NCBI GenBank assembly: GCA_046757525.1
Contig: JBHHYI010000150.1
Coordinates: 1-10,266 of the forward strand
Source of the DNA: a bacterium
GTDB lineage: Bacteria > Zhuqueibacterota > Zhuqueibacteria > Oceanimicrobiales > Oceanimicrobiaceae
Reading direction: 5' to 3'
Length of the DNA: 10,266 nucleotides
Shown here: piece by piece, positions 6,620-10,266 of the stretch
Layout of the letters: each line of letters begins with the position of its first letter
Position numbering within the stretch: position 1 is the stretch's first letter
Notes under the pieces: generated by a model
Database searches by the model: none
What the model was told of the DNA's origin: nothing
The model's input: only the letters and a program-made list of their open reading frames with translations
Position numbers and translations under genes: made by a program

Positions 6620-6664
6620 TTGCAAAATTCTCTTGATTAATATCTTTAATGGCTTATCTTTAAT
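6620..6664 (+). promoter_or_regulatory. Putative promoter region for the peptidase, with a 10-bp direct repeat
   Basis: TTGATT (6633-6638), 16 nt, TATCTT (6655-6660); TATCTTTAAT at 6641-6650 and 6655-6664. Confidence 0.45.
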
Positions 6665-6704
6665 AAGGCAGACTTCTAATCAGAACCAAGCTGTGTTAAG
6701 ACCC

Positions 6705-9062
6705 ATGCTGTTCAGACATTTTACAAGTCTCGTTTTCACCGCAGCTATTTTGGCGCCGTTCAACACCTTGACTTTTGCTGGAGTCACGAACATCGACTCG
6801 ACCTTCCAGCAAGTCTTAAGGGATTACCAGCAGCTCAAGACGCTTGCGTTCGACGACAGCAAAACGATGCAGGTGAACCATCTCTGTTTCCAAAAGGATC
6901 GTGCCAGGATCTCGTTGCAACACGGAACGCTCTATTTTACTGAACCGATCGAAGGGACGGTGACCGGGGCCGTTTTTCTCGGGGAAGGCGTGCTGGAATT
7001 GAAGCCACCCACAACTCTCGAGCGAGCTCAAGTCCGCCGATTCCTGGACAAAGATTCCCTGAACGAAGCCTTCTCCGCCGCCTATTTTCGATTCTCCGAC
7101 CAAACCTTGTTGCGCAAAGTGGACCCATCTGAGTTTCAGAACCGCACCATTCCAGACCGGGTAACCCGGTTTCACGAGAAGGCCTCCCGGTTCTTAGTGG
7201 AGGAACGGGGCTTCAACATCAGCAGCCGTATTCTAAGCGACCTGGTAAATCCTTCCTTCAGCAAGTTCTTTCTGGCAATATTCGTGCACCAGGAACGAAA
7301 ACACGATCTGCACGACTACTTGGTTTTTATCTACAATCCGCGGGCAGAAGAGGAAGTCGCCATGTTCCAGTATTTCCCACATCGAGTTAAGAAACCATTT
7401 TACACCCTGTGCTCTTTTCCGCAATTGCCTCCACCGCAGACGCAGGTGGCTGGCTCAGACGATGGCGCAGAGCAAAAAGAGGCGATTCGTATTACCCACT
7501 ATGACATGAAAGTAAAACTAAATAAAAACGGCCATATTGCGGTTGACGCACAATTAACCTATCTTCCCAATTGGAATGACCTCCGTTTTCTTACATTCGA
7601 CCTGTTCGAAGACCTGAATATCGATTCTGTAAAAGCTTCTTCTGGAGACACCTTGCCCTACATCAAAGAAAAAAAAGAGGCTGCTTTTTCAGTTGTTCTT
7701 AACCAGCCCACGACGGTTAGGCAATCCCGACAACTGATTGTTTACTACTCGGGGAAAGCTTTGGAACCCATGCAGGGAAATCTCTTATTAAAGGACAAAC
7801 TGAAGTGGCTTCCAAGATATGGTTATTTGAAACCTGCCACCTATGATGTGACGTTCGAATATTCCAGAAACTGGCAGGCCGTAGCGGTTGGGAAAAAAAT
7901 CGAGCAATGGGAAGAGGGTAAGACCGCCTTTTCACGCTGGGTAGAAAGCGTGCCTTCCCTGGGCATGGCTTTTGCCTATGGCAATCTGGATTCAACGGCC
8001 TTCCGCAGACCGGGTCATCTGCCGGTCAAGATCTATTCCACCAAGAACCGCTTCAGGAGGACGCGAGAAAAGATTGGCGGAGATGTGGCTAACAGCTTCT
8101 ATTTTTTCCAACATTTGTTGGGTGGTTACCCGTACGCGCAATTGAATGTGGTGGAGACGCCAGGACTGACGAGCAACGGCTATCCAGGGCTGTTATTCTT
8201 GACCTGGTTGACTTTCAATCAGGAGTTAAAAGGAGTAGACGAAACGCTTAGAGGTCACGAGGTTGCGCACCAGTGGTGGGGCAACCTGGTGGGCTGGAAA
8301 TCCTACCACGACCAGTGGCTGAGTGAAGGATTCGCCGAGTATTCTGGCGCCCTGGCGACGCAGTTTTTGTTAGACGGCGATAAGACCTTCTATCAAATCG
8401 TCGACGGTTGGAAAACCGATCTGCTGGAGAAGGGGCATATCGGTGTGAGCGTAGGTCTGAGGCGATTTGGATTCTCCAAGACAGACCTCTCCAAGAGTGA
8501 AGGCTTGAAAGCCGGTCCCATCTCATTGGGACACCGATTGGGCGACAAATATCCGGTGGACTATTATTTGATTACTTATCAAAAGGGAGCCTATGTGCTG
8601 CACATGTTGCGCACCCTGATGCAAGACCTTGACACCCACAGCGATGCGAGATTCTGGAATATGCTGGCAGACTTCGTGGCCACTTTCAAAGGGAAACAAG
8701 CCAGCACTGCTGATTTTAAAAAAATCGTTGAGAAGCATGTAGGCCAAAACATGGATTGGTTTTTCGACCAATGGGTGAACGGCACTGACATTCCCACCTA
8801 TTATTACCGCTACAAAACCATCAACGATGGCGAACACTTCTGGGTCCAGCTAAAAGTGAGACAGGAAGAGGTGCCATCCGATTTCAGGATGTACATTCCC
8901 GTCAGTGTGAAATTGAGTGCAGACGTCAAAAAGAGCCAGAGAATCCTGATGGACAATCGTGAAAAATCCTTTCGCCTGGGTCCATTTGAGATGCCGCCCG
9001 AAAAGGTTATCTTTGACGATTTCAAGGGCGTGCTGGCCAGGGTCAAGCGCAAAAAAATTTGA
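6705..9062 (+). CDS. Secreted M1-family (gluzincin) zinc metallopeptidase
   Basis: HEVAH-x18-E (HEVAHQWWGNLVGWKSYHDQWLSEGFAEY), catalytic Tyr motif YQKGAYVLHMLR, DWFFDQWV; ATG 6705 gives a signal-peptide-like N-terminus and is preferred over TTG 6633. Confidence 0.9.
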   Translation: MLFRHFTSLVFTAAILAPFNTLTFAGVTNIDSTFQQVLRDYQQLKTLAFDDSKTMQVNHLCFQKDRARISLQHGTLYFTEPIEGTVTGAVFLGEGVLELKPPTTLERAQVRRFLDKDSLNEAFSAAYFRFSDQTLLRKVDPSEFQNRTIPDRVTRFHEKASRFLVEERGFNISSRILSDLVNPSFSKFFLAIFVHQERKHDLHDYLVFIYNPRAEEEVAMFQYFPHRVKKPFYTLCSFPQLPPPQTQVAGSDDGAEQKEAIRITHYDMKVKLNKNGHIAVDAQLTYLPNWNDLRFLTFDLFEDLNIDSVKASSGDTLPYIKEKKEAAFSVVLNQPTTVRQSRQLIVYYSGKALEPMQGNLLLKDKLKWLPRYGYLKPATYDVTFEYSRNWQAVAVGKKIEQWEEGKTAFSRWVESVPSLGMAFAYGNLDSTAFRRPGHLPVKIYSTKNRFRRTREKIGGDVANSFYFFQHLLGGYPYAQLNVVETPGLTSNGYPGLLFLTWLTFNQELKGVDETLRGHEVAHQWWGNLVGWKSYHDQWLSEGFAEYSGALATQFLLDGDKTFYQIVDGWKTDLLEKGHIGVSVGLRRFGFSKTDLSKSEGLKAGPISLGHRLGDKYPVDYYLITYQKGAYVLHMLRTLMQDLDTHSDARFWNMLADFVATFKGKQASTADFKKIVEKHVGQNMDWFFDQWVNGTDIPTYYYRYKTINDGEHFWVQLKVRQEEVPSDFRMYIPVSVKLSADVKKSQRILMDNREKSFRLGPFEMPPEKVIFDDFKGVLARVKRKKI

Positions 9063-9093
9063 CTTTCTTTCTTACTTTCCTTAACTTTTACGC

Positions 9094-10146
9094 ATGCGCT
9101 CATTCCGTTTTTTCATTTTGGTGGTCTTGTCCCAAGTTGCATTTGCCTGCGGCGGCTCTGAGAAAACTGCAGACCACAACCAGGTGCAACGTCTGGTGGT
9201 CTATTCACCCCATGGCAAAGAAATCCTGGGCGATTTTGCCGAGCGATTTGAAGCTGCCAATCCCGGCGTGCAAGTTCAGTGGTTAGATATGGGATCTCAG
9301 GACGTACTCGATCGGGTCCGTTCGGAAAAGAGCAATCCGCAAGCTGATATTTGGTGGGGCGCGCCTTCTTCATTTTTCATGAATGCCGCTGAAGAGGGTC
9401 TGCTGCAGCCTTACCGTCCAAGCTGGGCCAACCAGGTGGCAGCCTGCCAGCACGATTCCCTGGACCGCTGGTACGGTACGTTCCAGACTCCGGAAGTGAT
9501 CACCTTCAACTCACAGGTGCTAACTAAGGAGACAGCCCCGCAGGATTGGGACGAACTGCTGGAACCGAAGTGGAAAAACAAGATCGTCATACGCGACCCA
9601 CTGGCTTCCGGCACCATGCGAGCCATCTTCTGCAGCATGATCTGGCGCTTCTACCGCGACACCGGTTCTCCCCAACGGGGTCTCGATTGGCTCAGACGAT
9701 TGGATGCCAACACCAAATCCTATGCCGCTTATCCCACGCTGATGTATTTGCAATTGGCGCGTCGGGAAGCCCTGGTGACCCTCTGGAACATGCCGGACAC
9801 TGAACTGCAGAAGCAAGTTTTCAAATATCCGTTTGACTACGTCATCCCCAAAAGCGGCACCCCCGTCATCATTGAAGGCCTGGCCATTCTGGCAAACTGC
9901 AAGCATCCGGCCCTGGCGCAAAAATTTTACGAGTTCATCTCCACAAAAGAGAGCTTGATTATTCAGGCAGAAAAATACTTCCGCATTCCCACTCGAAAAG
10001 ATATCCCCAAGGAAAGATTGCCTGCCTGGATTACCACTACAAAAATCAAACCTATGCCAATCGACTGGGAAGTCTTTTCGGCACACTCCGGGGAGTGGAT
10101 GCAATTCTGGGCTGAACGGATCCGGGGAGCACAAAGGGAGAATTAG
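9094..10146 (+). CDS. ABC transporter substrate-binding lipoprotein (AfuA/FbpA-like iron(III)/thiamine/phosphonate cluster)
   Basis: Lipoprotein-like signal ending AFAC; LVVYS, EKSNPQADIWWG, PQDWDELL, DPLASGT, AQKFYEF motifs; ligand cannot be assigned. Confidence 0.88.
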   Translation: MRSFRFFILVVLSQVAFACGGSEKTADHNQVQRLVVYSPHGKEILGDFAERFEAANPGVQVQWLDMGSQDVLDRVRSEKSNPQADIWWGAPSSFFMNAAEEGLLQPYRPSWANQVAACQHDSLDRWYGTFQTPEVITFNSQVLTKETAPQDWDELLEPKWKNKIVIRDPLASGTMRAIFCSMIWRFYRDTGSPQRGLDWLRRLDANTKSYAAYPTLMYLQLARREALVTLWNMPDTELQKQVFKYPFDYVIPKSGTPVIIEGLAILANCKHPALAQKFYEFISTKESLIIQAEKYFRIPTRKDIPKERLPAWITTTKIKPMPIDWEVFSAHSGEWMQFWAERIRGAQREN

Positions 10147-10169
10147 AACCGCCAAGGCAGGTACACTCT

Positions 10170-10266
10170 ATGAGCAATAAGATCAAGAAATATGCCAACA
10201 AGTATTATTTAGAAAATCGGGAACGTATTCTGGCACAGAAGAAGCGAAGGTACCAGGAAGACGAAA
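10170..10266 (+). CDS. Partial ORF (5' end), basic helical protein MSNKIKKYANKYYLENRERILAQKKRRYQEDE...
   Basis: ATG at 10170, 23 nt after the SBP stop, open to the window edge; protein-like composition. Confidence 0.55.
   Translation, partial: MSNKIKKYANKYYLENRERILAQKKRRYQEDE

Noticed and set aside
6633..6704. TTG start at 6633 for the peptidase
   Set aside because: The TTG looks like part of a -35 hexamer; ATG 6705 yields a plausible signal peptide.
9520..10155. 211-aa - strand ORF (likewise 1163-1516 and the ORFs inside glgA, mutM and the peptidase)
   Set aside because: Shadow or alternative-frame ORFs overlapping confident genes.

Overview
Bacterial chromosomal window, mostly housekeeping genes. 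In order: rpsU (-); a divergent sigma70 promoter, fluoride riboswitch and overlapping intrinsic terminator leading into crcB/fluC and a DUF190 gene (+); glycogen synthase glgA (-); a ~800-bp non-coding, highly self-complementary region; a MaoC-like hydratase (-); a zinc-ribbon Nudix hydrolase (+); an ~820-bp intergenic region packed with REP-like palindromes; mutM (-); a secreted M1-family metallopeptidase (+); an ABC substrate-binding lipoprotein (+); and the start of a basic ORF cut by the window edge. The least explained part is ~3000-3630 upstream of glgA. It has many long stems whose wobble pairs favour the + strand, a duplicated 16-nt motif, a small ORF with a sequestered RBS, two alternative anti-SD helices for glgA and a candidate promoter ~630 nt upstream. 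It is a candidate undescribed structured RNA or regulatory leader. All calls were made by eye, with no database search or folding run.
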